Of a stretch of DNA of 64,000 bases, positions 28,158 through 38,132 are shown piece after piece. Origin of the DNA: Vampirovibrionales bacterium (GTDB lineage: Bacteria > Cyanobacteriota > Vampirovibrionia > Vampirovibrionales > JAGQHJ01); NCBI GenBank assembly GCA_025449835.1, contig JANWIO010000107.1:7-64006 (forward strand). The letters run 5' to 3'. Position numbers and translations under genes: made by a program. The stretch's first letter is position 1. Every line of letters starts with the position of its first letter. The notes under the pieces are model-generated. The model was not told the DNA's origin and did not search any database. It saw only the letters and a list, made by a program, of their open reading frames with translations.

Positions 28158-30341
28158 TGTTGGGTCTGCTTCAAGCTGTTGGTGAAATAATTGGGCACGC
28201 TCATGCAAGAAGGCCATATGCTCATCCTGCGTATTTTTGCGCCCAACATCATTCTTGGCAGCCGCAATAAAAGCATCACCCACTTCAACCCGTTTCCGTT
28301 CCAAGGGGTGCCCTTTCATGCTGAGATACTTCACTTCTTGCTTAATTCTGGTTTTCAACTCTTGTGTGGCCGTTTCAAGAGCTAATTTAGTGCTTTCTGG
28401 TAATTTTTCACCTTTTTTATGCAGCTTAATTTGAACCGCGCTGAGGGTAAACAGATCCATAAAGACATTAAAGCCTCTAATCAGGGTGTTTTGGCGTTTG
28501 GCCATCCGACCGTCTCCAAGACGCCCACCAAGATAAATCATTCGCCGAGAGAGCTTTTTATTCATTCGTTGAATAAAGAAGGCTTCCCGCAAGGGTATAT
28601 CACCACGTTCAAAATAATTCAGCTGGGATTTAATAAAGGGCAGGATTTTCTTTTCTTTTACAATTTCACGCTGAAGCGGTTTTGCACCCATCAACATGGC
28701 CAACTGGGCCATGGCTGGGTTCACCCCTTCAACAATCATGGGAATCCAGGCATCTCTAAAATTCCGTTCAACAGCGTTAGGAGCCCCTTTAATCAAGCCA
28801 TGACCACCATAAAGCTCTGCTGCAATTTGTGCGGTTTTCCAACCTTCATCTGTTGCTCGAACTTTAATCGCTGCCGAAAGTCCCGCATTGCTTTTACCAG
28901 GATTTTCATCAATCAGGGCAGATACTAAGTCTGAGGCGGCTTTTATTGCCTCATATCGGACTTTCATATCCCCAATTTTGGCTCGAACAGACTCCATATT
29001 GGCCTGCACACCAGGACCACCTTTACTGTACATATCAAACATTTGGCGATCGATAGCATTATGAATGGCAGCGGTGGCAAACCAACCAGCAGCCGCAGTT
29101 ACATAAGGTCCAAACCCGGCACGCCCAGCATTAAGACTATGCAGGGGAACATCTTTCCCTTTATAAGGCTGGCCAAGAACGTTAGAAACACCATTTTCAT
29201 CGGCAACTGGAACTTTAAAGTCCTTAAAGTGAATGTATGCCTGATCCGTCCCACGAATCATCATCATTTCCAAAGCATCACCGGTAAAAGGGGTAATAAA
29301 CATGCCTTGTTTTGCAAGATCTTTAAAGTGCTTTTTCTTCGCTTGTTGGGATTCATTCAGTTTAAACGGCAATTCAACAATGAGAACAATGCCTTGATCT
29401 CGATCTTTATCGGCTTTGTCTCCAGGAATATTGGTTTTACCTGCCACAACATACATCAAACTGGAATCCGGCGTATTGGTAATAAAGATTTTCTCACCAT
29501 TGAGAATCCAGTGTTTCCCATCTTCAGACAAGGTGGCCGTGGTTTGAAGTTTTCTTAAATCCGTCCCAGCATTAGGTTCAGTGAGACAAAAAGCCGCAAG
29601 AGCTTCGCCTTTGGCAATATTCCGAAGAAATTTGTTTTTTTGCCCTTCTGTACCATACATCAACAATGGTGCTGAACCAATAGTACTGTGGGCACTGACA
29701 ACTGTTCCCAATGAAGATGAAATATCGGGGAATGTTTCAAGCACCCGAGCATATTCTTTTTGATGCAATCCCATCCCGCCATATTCTTTAGGAATTTTGA
29801 GCCGATACAGTCCAAGGTCACTCATCCGCTGATGCACTTCAGGGGGAATATCATTATTTTGATCAATTTGGTGGGCATCCACCACCGCGCTAAGACGCTC
29901 GGGGGTAAGATGTAATGAGTGTTGCCATCCATTAATATAAGGCTTGAGCTTTTCAGAAGGTCTGTAAATAGTATCTAGCAACTTACTTTCTTCTTTGGGA
30001 TCCATATGCTTGGGACGCAGGGCAACTTTTAAAATATTAGTATAGGCTTGTATTTCAAGCTCCTGTTGCGGCGTTAAATGGGTGTCTACTTTAGAAAGCG
30101 CCGTAAGAGGAACAGCACCCCGAAAGAAATCTGGCACCAATAATTCGGGTTTTTTGTTTCCCCGCAGCATATTTTCTGCTTCTCGTTCGGCCAAATCATT
30201 GCCTTTTTTAGCCCCAAAACGAACAGAGTCGTTTGCCAATATTGGTTGCAAAAGAACCGGTAATCCCGTTTGTGGTTTTGAATAGGGTTGTATTTTGGAT
30301 AAATGTTGCTGTGCGGGTAGCCCTTGCGATTGAATCTTCAT
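28152..30341 (-). CDS. Large acyl-CoA dehydrogenase (FadE-like, with N- and C-terminal extensions)
   Basis: ACAD motifs (FCLTEPNAGTDL, ELYGGHGLIKG...) within a 729-aa protein. It is convergent with and overlaps the ispD 3' end. Confidence 0.85.
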   Translation of the reverse strand: MKIQSQGLPAQQHLSKIQPYSKPQTGLPVLLQPILANDSVRFGAKKGNDLAEREAENMLRGNKKPELLVPDFFRGAVPLTALSKVDTHLTPQQELEIQAYTNILKVALRPKHMDPKEESKLLDTIYRPSEKLKPYINGWQHSLHLTPERLSAVVDAHQIDQNNDIPPEVHQRMSDLGLYRLKIPKEYGGMGLHQKEYARVLETFPDISSSLGTVVSAHSTIGSAPLLMYGTEGQKNKFLRNIAKGEALAAFCLTEPNAGTDLRKLQTTATLSEDGKHWILNGEKIFITNTPDSSLMYVVAGKTNIPGDKADKDRDQGIVLIVELPFKLNESQQAKKKHFKDLAKQGMFITPFTGDALEMMMIRGTDQAYIHFKDFKVPVADENGVSNVLGQPYKGKDVPLHSLNAGRAGFGPYVTAAAGWFATAAIHNAIDRQMFDMYSKGGPGVQANMESVRAKIGDMKVRYEAIKAASDLVSALIDENPGKSNAGLSAAIKVRATDEGWKTAQIAAELYGGHGLIKGAPNAVERNFRDAWIPMIVEGVNPAMAQLAMLMGAKPLQREIVKEKKILPFIKSQLNYFERGDIPLREAFFIQRMNKKLSRRMIYLGGRLGDGRMAKRQNTLIRGFNVFMDLFTLSAVQIKLHKKGEKLPESTKLALETATQELKTRIKQEVKYLSMKGHPLERKRVEVGDAFIAAAKNDVGRKNTQDEHMAFLHERAQLFHQQLEADPTL

Positions 30342-30461
30342 TGGATTCCTTATCTCCCTTTAAATGAACAACTTGAAAATAGATATTTCACCAGATTAAA
30401 TAAAAAAATGGGTTGTTTTCCCATTTGCATGAAAAAATAAAATCATTTTAAAGTCAATTTG

Positions 30462-30475
30462 ATATCAATTGATAT
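30462..30475. promoter_or_regulatory. Perfect 14-bp palindrome ATATCAATTGATAT in the fadE-like / DUF1573 divergent promoter region
   Basis: Read directly from the sequence. Located about 120 bp upstream of the acyl-CoA dehydrogenase start. Candidate operator of a dimeric repressor. Confidence 0.3.
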
Positions 30476-30645
30476 TAATTTTTGCAAACTTTTTGCATCT
30501 TGCGGAAAAGCTTACCCTCAAAAGTGCTCATTTCTCATTTTAAATCAAGGATTTTCCCTTAAAATAAAGGGAGTTCACCGCTTCAAAAAGTTATGGATGT
30601 TTATTCTCCATGAATAATTTACAATAAGGTATTCCAAGGAGCTTT

Positions 30646-31155
30646 TTGAATCTCATGCCTAAAAAAGTTGTCATCACAATTATCCTAGGAATTCTTGCCC
30701 TGATTGCGGGAAGCCTTTTGTTTGTGTCTCGTCAGGCGAAACCCCCTGTGATCATTTCTCGAAAAGATCCACCCAAAATCAGCTTTGATGAAGAAACGCA
30801 TAACTTAGGCAACATTACCCCCAATATTGAAATTCCATACGACTTTAAAATTCATAATATTGGCGGCTCGCCACTTATCATTAAAAATGTGACCGCCAAC
30901 TGTCACTGCCTCGTCTTAAACCTAAAGGATAAGTACATCCAACCTGGTGAAACGGGCGACTTAGAGGTAATCCTAAACACCACTCAACAGAACGGCAGCT
31001 TGAAACAAGCGATTTCTATCTTTTCAAATGATCCCAAGGTTCCAAAAACGAACGTTTTTATTGCAGCCAGTATCTTTCCACAACCTCAAGCACCGGATAA
31101 TAGTATCGATAATACATTATCCCCTGCATCCGCAGCACACCCACCAGCCAATTAA
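30646..31155 (+). CDS. DUF1573-like secreted/membrane-anchored protein
   Basis: N-terminal TM/signal. Ig-like region with conserved pattern [13 protein letters not shown]...[22 protein letters not shown] typical of DUF1573. Confidence 0.65.
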   Translation: MNLMPKKVVITIILGILALIAGSLLFVSRQAKPPVIISRKDPPKISFDEETHNLGNITPNIEIPYDFKIHNIGGSPLIIKNVTANCHCLVLNLKDKYIQPGETGDLEVILNTTQQNGSLKQAISIFSNDPKVPKTNVFIAASIFPQPQAPDNSIDNTLSPASAAHPPAN

Positions 31156-32951
31156 ATTTCAGAAGAGATTTTCAAAACGGCCATAAAGGCTTCTTGGGGG
31201 ACATCTACTTTACCAATAGACTTCATGCGCTTTTTACCCGCTTTTTGCTTTTCCAACAGCTTGCGTTTCCGGGTAATATCGCCACCGTAACACTTTTCCA
31301 ATACATTTTTGCGCATGGCCTTCACATTGGTTCGCGCCAGCACCTTACTGCCAATAGCTGCCTGAATGGGCACTTCAAACATTTGGCGTGGAATGAGATC
31401 TTTGAGTTTTTCCGTCAAGATGCGTCCCACATGGTAGGCTTTATCCTCATGAACAATCACGCTTAAAGCATCCACCTGATCACCGGCCAGTAAAATATCC
31501 AGCTTCACCAACCGGGCTTGACGATACCCAACAAACTGATAATCCATACTGGCATAGCCTTTACTCCGAGACTTCAGTTGATCATAGAAATCAGTCACCA
31601 TCTCGTTTAGCGGCAGCTCATACTGTAAATTCACCCGACTGGTATCTAAATAATCCATACCCAAAAAATTACCCCGACGGGTTTGGGCCAAATCCATTAA
31701 GGTTCCCACAAAATCATTGGGGGTAATGATGCTTACCTTGACAATCGGCTCTTCAATTCGTTGTCGTTCTGCGGGAGGGGGTAAATCTGAAGGGTTGTGA
31801 ATTTCCAGCAAATCCCCTTTCAGGTTAAAAATATGGTAAACCACGCTAGGGGCTGTCACAATCAGGTCGAGATTGTATTCCCGTTCAAGGCGCTCCTGAA
31901 TAATCTCCATATGAAGCAACCCCAAAAAGCCGCATCGAAACCCAAAGCCCAATGCCTCAGAGGTTTCTGGTTCAAAGGAGATACTGGAATCATTCAATTG
32001 CAGCTTTTCCAGTGATTCTTTTAAATTTTCATAATCATCATTGCTCACAGGATACAAGCCACAAAACACCATAGGAACGGCTTTTTGATATCCAGGCAAG
32101 GGCTCTTTTGCAGGATTATTCGCCAAGGTAATGGTATCCCCAACGTAATAGCCTAATTCTTTAATTGAAGCCGCCAGATAGCCAACCTCTCCTGAGGACA
32201 ATGTGTCTTTGGGTTGCCGGGTGGGTTTCATCACCCCCAACTCTGTCACTTCAAAAGATTTGTTGGTGGCCATAAAGCGGATTTTATCCCCTTTACGAAT
32301 CTGCCCATCTATCACCCGAAAATACGGAATAATCCCCAAATAGGCATCAAAATAGCTATCAAAAATCAACGCTTTTAAGGGCTTCTGTTTTTCCACCTGG
32401 GGTGCTGGAATCCGTTCAACAATGGCATCTAAGATTTCTTTAATTCCTAAGCCTTCTTTGGCACTACACAAAATCGCATCAGACGCATCAATCCCCACCA
32501 CGTCTTCTATTTCCTGCTTGATACGTTCAGGATCTGCACTGGGTAAGTCGATTTTATTGATCACTGGAATCAACTCAAGGTTATGATTGATGGCCAAATA
32601 AGCGTTAGCCAAAGTTTGTGCTTCTACGCCCTGGGTTGAATCCACCACCAAAAGGGCACCTTCACAGGCAGCCAAACTCCGGGAAACTTCATAACTAAAG
32701 TCCACATGACCGGGGGTATCAATTAAATTCAAAACATAAGGCTTGCCTTGATACTCATAATCCATACGAGCAGCCTGAAGCTTGATCGTAATCCCGCGTT
32801 CACGCTCTAACTCCAAACTGTCGAGTACTTGATCCTTCATTTGTCGGGGATCAATCGACCCTGTATATTCCAACAACCTATCGGCCAAGGTTGATTTCCC
32901 ATGGTCAATGTGAGCAATAATGCAAAAATTCCGAATTTCAGGATCAGGCAT
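31152..32951 (-). CDS. lepA: Elongation factor 4 (LepA)
   Basis: GTPase motifs [21 protein letters not shown], and the full-length LepA-specific C-terminal domain. 599 aa. Confidence 0.95.
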   Translation of the reverse strand: MPDPEIRNFCIIAHIDHGKSTLADRLLEYTGSIDPRQMKDQVLDSLELERERGITIKLQAARMDYEYQGKPYVLNLIDTPGHVDFSYEVSRSLAACEGALLVVDSTQGVEAQTLANAYLAINHNLELIPVINKIDLPSADPERIKQEIEDVVGIDASDAILCSAKEGLGIKEILDAIVERIPAPQVEKQKPLKALIFDSYFDAYLGIIPYFRVIDGQIRKGDKIRFMATNKSFEVTELGVMKPTRQPKDTLSSGEVGYLAASIKELGYYVGDTITLANNPAKEPLPGYQKAVPMVFCGLYPVSNDDYENLKESLEKLQLNDSSISFEPETSEALGFGFRCGFLGLLHMEIIQERLEREYNLDLIVTAPSVVYHIFNLKGDLLEIHNPSDLPPPAERQRIEEPIVKVSIITPNDFVGTLMDLAQTRRGNFLGMDYLDTSRVNLQYELPLNEMVTDFYDQLKSRSKGYASMDYQFVGYRQARLVKLDILLAGDQVDALSVIVHEDKAYHVGRILTEKLKDLIPRQMFEVPIQAAIGSKVLARTNVKAMRKNVLEKCYGGDITRKRKLLEKQKAGKKRMKSIGKVDVPQEAFMAVLKISSEI

Positions 32952-34749
32952 GGGTTAAAACAGCTTCAGCATTCCAGGATTGTAATTGTTGTTGAACATA
33001 GGCTAGCACTTCGGCAGCAGGAATATCCTGAGCGGCTTTCTCAGTCCGAAGCTTAACTTCCAGAAGCCCTTCTCCCGCTTTTTTACCGGCTGTAATGCGC
33101 AGAGGAAAGCCCAGAAGATCTGCATCTTTAAACTTCACACCAGCCCGTTCATCACGATCATCAATTACAACCTCGATGCCGGCAATTTTCAGCTCGTTAT
33201 AAACGCGTTCTGCAAGGGCAAGTTGGGTTTCATCTGATGTATTCACGGGAACAACCACCACATGATAGGGCGCAATGGGAATCGGCCAGATGATGCCATT
33301 TTCATCATGATAGCGCTCAACAGATGCCGCAGCCGTTCTGGAAATACCAATGCCATAACAACCCATAATAAAAAAGTCTTCCTTGCCATCCTCAGTAGAG
33401 TAGGTGGCGTTCATCGCCCGAGAATACTTTTTACCCAGCTTAAAAATGTTCCCGACTTCAATTCCCCGGGTCATTTCAAGGGTTCCTTTTTGACACTCAG
33501 GGCAGGTATCGCCCAGGCGAGCCAGCTTCACGTCTTTATAATGGCCTTCCATTAAATCTGGTGCATGCCAATTGTAGCCCACTTTATGGTACCCAGCCTG
33601 ATTATGTCCTACCACAAAGTTTTTTAGTTCCTTCACACTAAAATCAACCACCGTTGGCAATGGCATTGAAGACTGTTCCTTCCCAAAAAGAAGAACACCG
33701 CCCTCTTTCAAAGAAATAACCCAATTACCAATACCGACGTAGCCTTTTTTAGTGCCTGTATATTTATAAACTTCTTCTTCATTGGCCATACGTATTTCAT
33801 ATGCCTGAACCGCATTGAGTAATTTAACCTCTTCAACTTCCAGATCACCTCGAATTAAGACCAGAAAAGGCTCTTTTTCATCTTTGATGTAAAGCAAGGC
33901 CTTACAGATTAAGGTGGGTGGGATTTTTAGAAATTTCGTCAAGGCTTCAATACTGGAACAATCCGGTGTTTCAACAATGGCTTCTTGCGAGAAATACTCC
34001 TTACCATCCGTCGTAGCTGCAGGCGTAATGGATTCTGCTCGGTTGGAATTGGCCGCATATTCACACTGATTACAGTAAAACACATCACATTCACCACTGT
34101 GGGTATGGGTAAGCACCATAAATTCATGGCTAACATCCCCACCAATAGCCCCACTATCACTCCTTACCATACGAGTTTCTAGGCCACATCGCTTAAAAAT
34201 AGACTTATAAGTATCCGCCATCACGTAGTATTCTCGATCTAAATCGTCTTCAGTGGTATGAAAGCTATAAGCATCCTTCATAATAAACTCACGTCCCCGA
34301 AGCAACCCGAACCGTGGGCGGATTTCATCCCGATATTTGTTTTGAATCTGGTATAAATTAACCGGTAGATGCCGATATGAGTGAATTTCATGTTTTGCAA
34401 TGGTGGTAATGACTTCTTCATGGGTAGGTCCTAAAACACAATCTCGATCATGGCGATCTTTCAATCGGATTAACTCTTTGCCATAGACTTCCCAACGCCC
34501 CGATTCTTGCCAGATATCGGCAGGCTGTAAAATCGGCATTAACAATTCCTGGGCTCCCGCCTTATCCATTTCTTCTCGGACAATTTGCTCTACTTTTTTC
34601 ATCACCCGCCACATCAGGGGAAGATAATTATAAATGCCACTTGCCAACCGGCGGATATAACCGGCTCGAACCAGCAATTGATGGCTTACAACCTCGGCTT
34701 CTGCCGGATTTTCACGAAGGGTCGGGGCTAATAATTTGGACATTCGCAT
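32944..34749 (-). CDS. proS: Prolyl-tRNA synthetase (bacterial type with editing insertion)
   Basis: Class II aaRS motifs and conserved ProS N-terminus [13 protein letters not shown]... The start is placed at that Met. The upstream extension in the ORF track lacks any signal. It overlaps lepA by 8 nt. Confidence 0.9.
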   Translation of the reverse strand: MRMSKLLAPTLRENPAEAEVVSHQLLVRAGYIRRLASGIYNYLPLMWRVMKKVEQIVREEMDKAGAQELLMPILQPADIWQESGRWEVYGKELIRLKDRHDRDCVLGPTHEEVITTIAKHEIHSYRHLPVNLYQIQNKYRDEIRPRFGLLRGREFIMKDAYSFHTTEDDLDREYYVMADTYKSIFKRCGLETRMVRSDSGAIGGDVSHEFMVLTHTHSGECDVFYCNQCEYAANSNRAESITPAATTDGKEYFSQEAIVETPDCSSIEALTKFLKIPPTLICKALLYIKDEKEPFLVLIRGDLEVEEVKLLNAVQAYEIRMANEEEVYKYTGTKKGYVGIGNWVISLKEGGVLLFGKEQSSMPLPTVVDFSVKELKNFVVGHNQAGYHKVGYNWHAPDLMEGHYKDVKLARLGDTCPECQKGTLEMTRGIEVGNIFKLGKKYSRAMNATYSTEDGKEDFFIMGCYGIGISRTAAASVERYHDENGIIWPIPIAPYHVVVVPVNTSDETQLALAERVYNELKIAGIEVVIDDRDERAGVKFKDADLLGFPLRITAGKKAGEGLLEVKLRTEKAAQDIPAAEVLAYVQQQLQSWNAEAVLTHA

Positions 34750-34973
34750 GGTGGGTATTATCCTTTTTTCCGAAAAAAGATATTTATCCTCATATCTTAA
34801 CGAAAGGGGAACTTGAGAACAATGTTCAATCCAAAAGGACACTCGCCAGCCAGGGGATTTTTTTGCAGAAAAACGCTTCTAAAATACCCATGTGGCCTAT
34901 CGATCCAAGGTATTGGGTTGTGCAAGAAAGAAGCATCTGGCCAGTGCTCTTAAACGTAAGGAGTATTTTCCCC

Positions 34974-35138
34974 ATGGCATCTAAAAAGGATTCGCTTCCC
35001 AAAGAAGAAACACAACCAGAAGTAAAACCCAAAAAGCCTCAGCAACATGAAAAGCCTTCACACCCTAAAAAGGCATTGTCTCATGTTGGCGAATCAGATG
35101 GCACCATTGCACCCGGAGAACTTCCTAATGCAATTTAA
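34974..35138 (+). CDS. Small Lys/Pro-rich basic protein (54 aa)
   Basis: ATG preceded by AAGGAG at optimal spacing. Composition KKD..PKEETQPEVKPKKPQQHEKPSHPKK. The 5' part of the long track ORF 34641..35138 is antisense to proS and was disregarded. Confidence 0.4.
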   Translation: MASKKDSLPKEETQPEVKPKKPQQHEKPSHPKKALSHVGESDGTIAPGELPNAI

Positions 35139-35572
35139 TCTAGGTAAAATTGAGGTTTGAAGTGCTGTTGCCGTTTGTTTTTCAAAAGATTGAGGCCAGC
35201 ATTCACAACGTGGAATATACCGTATGTAAATGTCACTTTTGAGGGTTGAAAGCCATAAGGCGCCTGTTGCGGTACATCGGGTAAATCCTTCCCATCGGCA
35301 TCAACCAATCGAGCAATCACAGTATCCTCAAAATGGACAACAGCCCCTTGACCAGGCTTTGAAAACACATGAAAAGGATTCCCGGCAAGATCCTCTGCTT
35401 TTCGCATTTCAAATTGAAAATGAATGCCTTCTTCTCCAAGGTAGTTAATAGCATCCTGTTGCAGTTGAACTTCATTTTTCAAACGTTCTTCCCACTGCGG
35501 ATCACCCCGCTTAAATGAGTCGTGATTGTAGGTAACAGCACCAAATCGGGGAGCATTAATGGAGGAGATCAT
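35135..35572 (-). CDS. Hypothetical protein (145 aa)
   Basis: Intact ORF convergent with the small basic protein gene. No recognised motif. Confidence 0.45.
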   Translation of the reverse strand: MISSINAPRFGAVTYNHDSFKRGDPQWEERLKNEVQLQQDAINYLGEEGIHFQFEMRKAEDLAGNPFHVFSKPGQGAVVHFEDTVIARLVDADGKDLPDVPQQAPYGFQPSKVTFTYGIFHVVNAGLNLLKNKRQQHFKPQFYLD

Positions 35573-35718
35573 TTACTGTATCCTTTCTGATTGAGGGTGA
35601 TCAAACAAAGCTTATGTAACCAGGAAAGGTTCCTGAAAGTTGAAAATTGCTTGAAGCAACGTCCAATTTTACAAAACTTTACATTAGGGATTTACAAAAA
35701 CCTTAGGCCAAGCACCCA

Positions 35719-36555
35719 CTATTTTGTACAGAAATAAATCGCTTCTTCGGAAGGCAAGGCAAAATGACTGACCAGCGCGGGATCTAATTCATGAATAAAG
35801 CCATCCACTCGCACAGTAAAGCCCCCGTTCTCCAGCCGTTCTTTGTAATCACACCCATAAATCCGTACATGATCATGTTGTCCAAAGACAGTCAATCGAT
35901 CTTCGGGTGTCACAGCCAATGGATCTTCAAAGGTTGTTTTCCGGTTCATGTCTAATGGAGACTGTAAAATGGCCCATCCACCAGGCTTTAGCACCCGAAA
36001 TAATTCCGTCATGGCCTTTTGATCATCTTGAACGTGCTCCAGCACATGGTTGCAAAGAATCACATCGAACGCATTATCACCAAAGGGAACGGCTGTAATA
36101 TCCATTTGCATCAGGGCAAGGGGCGACATTAAATCTGCACTCACGTATTCCAAGTTGGGCATGGACATAAAAATATTTTGAAACACAGCCTCCGGCGCAA
36201 AATGCAATACTCTTAATCTATCGGTAAAAAGATTGGTTTTTTGTTTCAGGTAAAGCCACAACAAGCGATGGCGCTCCAATGAACCACATTTGGGGCAACG
36301 GGCGTTTGGCCGAAGCACCACCCCAAAAGGAAGCAATTTTCGAAAGCTTCGCTGGCAACAGGGACAATAAAATCGATGTCCATAATAGGCCCAAGCCCTG
36401 ATCTCTTTGGCCCCCATGTAGAGACGCTCCCCCAAAGACAACGGATAGTGCTGACGGGCAGGTAATCTATCTTCAGAAAAAGATTCCGCATTTTTATTTC
36501 TAGACGGTTTTAAAGGTGCAGGCATTGTCGATCCCCATTCGTTTTGAATCACCAA
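35719..36555 (-). CDS. Class I SAM-dependent methyltransferase with N-terminal zinc ribbon
   Basis: CPCCQ…CPKCGS four-Cys ribbon, then the methyltransferase motifs LHFAPEAV, DVILCNHVLEHV, LKPGGWAIL. Confidence 0.7.
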   Translation of the reverse strand: MVIQNEWGSTMPAPLKPSRNKNAESFSEDRLPARQHYPLSLGERLYMGAKEIRAWAYYGHRFYCPCCQRSFRKLLPFGVVLRPNARCPKCGSLERHRLLWLYLKQKTNLFTDRLRVLHFAPEAVFQNIFMSMPNLEYVSADLMSPLALMQMDITAVPFGDNAFDVILCNHVLEHVQDDQKAMTELFRVLKPGGWAILQSPLDMNRKTTFEDPLAVTPEDRLTVFGQHDHVRIYGCDYKERLENGGFTVRVDGFIHELDPALVSHFALPSEEAIYFCTK

Positions 36556-36682
36556 TTTCAGTTTTTACCCCAAGTAACAAGGAGATGCCAATCCAACACA
36601 TAGGGAATTTCCTCTTCAGCGAAACTCACCTATTGTTATCGCTTACACACCAGAGGAAAGGTCTATCGAGTATCCACTCATC

Positions 36683-38116
36683 ATGAATACCCACATCCTT
36701 CGACAAGAGATTTATTTACTGGGAAAAACCCTGGCAGGATCAAGGTTTCATCGGAACCTTCAGTTCATACGATCTCACCAGTTCCTTCCCCGATGGGAGC
36801 TCATGGCTTGGCAACAACAAGCATTAGAACGCCTGATTCAAAACGCTTATGAACGAGTCCCATACTATCAACAACAGTTCACAATTCACAAACTGGTAGA
36901 TGCCACCGGTAAGATTCATTTCGACCGATTTACAGAACTCCCCCCTTTAACCCGTGAAACCATCCGGGAATATACCCCATCGCTCATCAGCAATGATATA
37001 GCAAAACGAAAACGAATTATAAAGCTCTCTACAGGTGGCACCACCGGAGACCCTATCTCTCCCTATGCCGATCTTCAGTATTGGGATTGGTACCTAGCAG
37101 CGACCTATTTCTTCTACGAATGGATGGGATTGAAACTCGGCATGCCTTATTTATATTTTTGGGGAGCACCACAAGACTTGGGACTTCAAGGGTATAATTT
37201 AAAGTCCAAAATTTGGGTTAACCTCATTCAAAACCGCCATGTCCTAAATTGCCGGGCTCTCTCTGAAGAAATTATGGCAAGATTTATTACTGAAATGAAT
37301 CAAATGCCTCATCGTAAACACATGGTGGCCTGCGTCAACGAACTTTATGACTTGGCTTGTTTTAGCCTGGATAACAAACTCCCCATAACACACCCTTTTG
37401 AGGGTATCTTGGTGACCACAGCTGCTTTAACCGAAGAGATGCGCCAAACGATACAAAGCGTTTTCCATGGCCCCGTATATAGCCGCTATGGAAGCAGAGA
37501 AGCTGGTGATATTGCATCTGAATGTTTTTTTCAAGATGGACTTCATATAAACCCCTTATTTTCATACATTGAAATCGTAGATGATGAGGGTAAACCTGTT
37601 CCACCCGGCATAGAAGGTCGTATTCTAATCACAGATCTGCATAACGATGTGATGCCTTTAATACGATACGAAGTCCAGGATATGGGGATTTTACGAGAAT
37701 ACACCCCTTGTCTGTGTGGCCGACACTGGGATACCTTTGAACAAATCACCGGTCGACTCCATGAACGACTGATTCTTCCCAATGGGGCAACGTTTGGAAA
37801 AGTCTTTCTTCATTACCCCATGGATATATTTACGGATCTGCGGGCATATCAAATTCATCAACTGGCCCCAGATACCATTGAAGTCCATCTGGTTTCTCCT
37901 GACCCCAACTACCTAGAGACCCACCAATATGAAATCCAAGAGTCTCACCACCGATTTCAAAGCTGCACCCAAAACATGCTCAAAGTTTCCTACCACCAAG
38001 TTGCAGAGCTCGAAAAGGCTCCTTCCGGCAAACGTTTGGTAATTATCAATAAAATAAAGACTTCCCAAGCATCAGCTTCGGCCCAGAGACCTGAGCCTTC
38101 CATCCCGACGCTCTAA
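36683..38116 (+). CDS. Phenylacetate-CoA ligase-like adenylate-forming enzyme (PaaK/CapK/F390-synthetase family)
   Basis: AMP-binding core LSTGGTTGDP, the conserved YR...EVQD pattern of the PaaK family, and an N-terminal region typical of CapK-like proteins. Confidence 0.75.
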   Translation: MNTHILRQEIYLLGKTLAGSRFHRNLQFIRSHQFLPRWELMAWQQQALERLIQNAYERVPYYQQQFTIHKLVDATGKIHFDRFTELPPLTRETIREYTPSLISNDIAKRKRIIKLSTGGTTGDPISPYADLQYWDWYLAATYFFYEWMGLKLGMPYLYFWGAPQDLGLQGYNLKSKIWVNLIQNRHVLNCRALSEEIMARFITEMNQMPHRKHMVACVNELYDLACFSLDNKLPITHPFEGILVTTAALTEEMRQTIQSVFHGPVYSRYGSREAGDIASECFFQDGLHINPLFSYIEIVDDEGKPVPPGIEGRILITDLHNDVMPLIRYEVQDMGILREYTPCLCGRHWDTFEQITGRLHERLILPNGATFGKVFLHYPMDIFTDLRAYQIHQLAPDTIEVHLVSPDPNYLETHQYEIQESHHRFQSCTQNMLKVSYHQVAELEKAPSGKRLVIINKIKTSQASASAQRPEPSIPTL

Positions 38117-38132
38117 TTTAATTTATAAAAGC

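Noticed and set aside
32944-34842. Extended ProS N-terminus (MSFWIEHC…)
   Set aside because: The conserved ProS N-terminus begins at [13 protein letters not shown]. The extension has no conservation and no RBS. Start moved to 34749.
34641-34973. 5' portion of 165-aa plus ORF
   Set aside because: Antisense to the proS start region and has no RBS. Only the 3' 54 codons, starting at the ATG with AAGGAG (34974), look like a gene.
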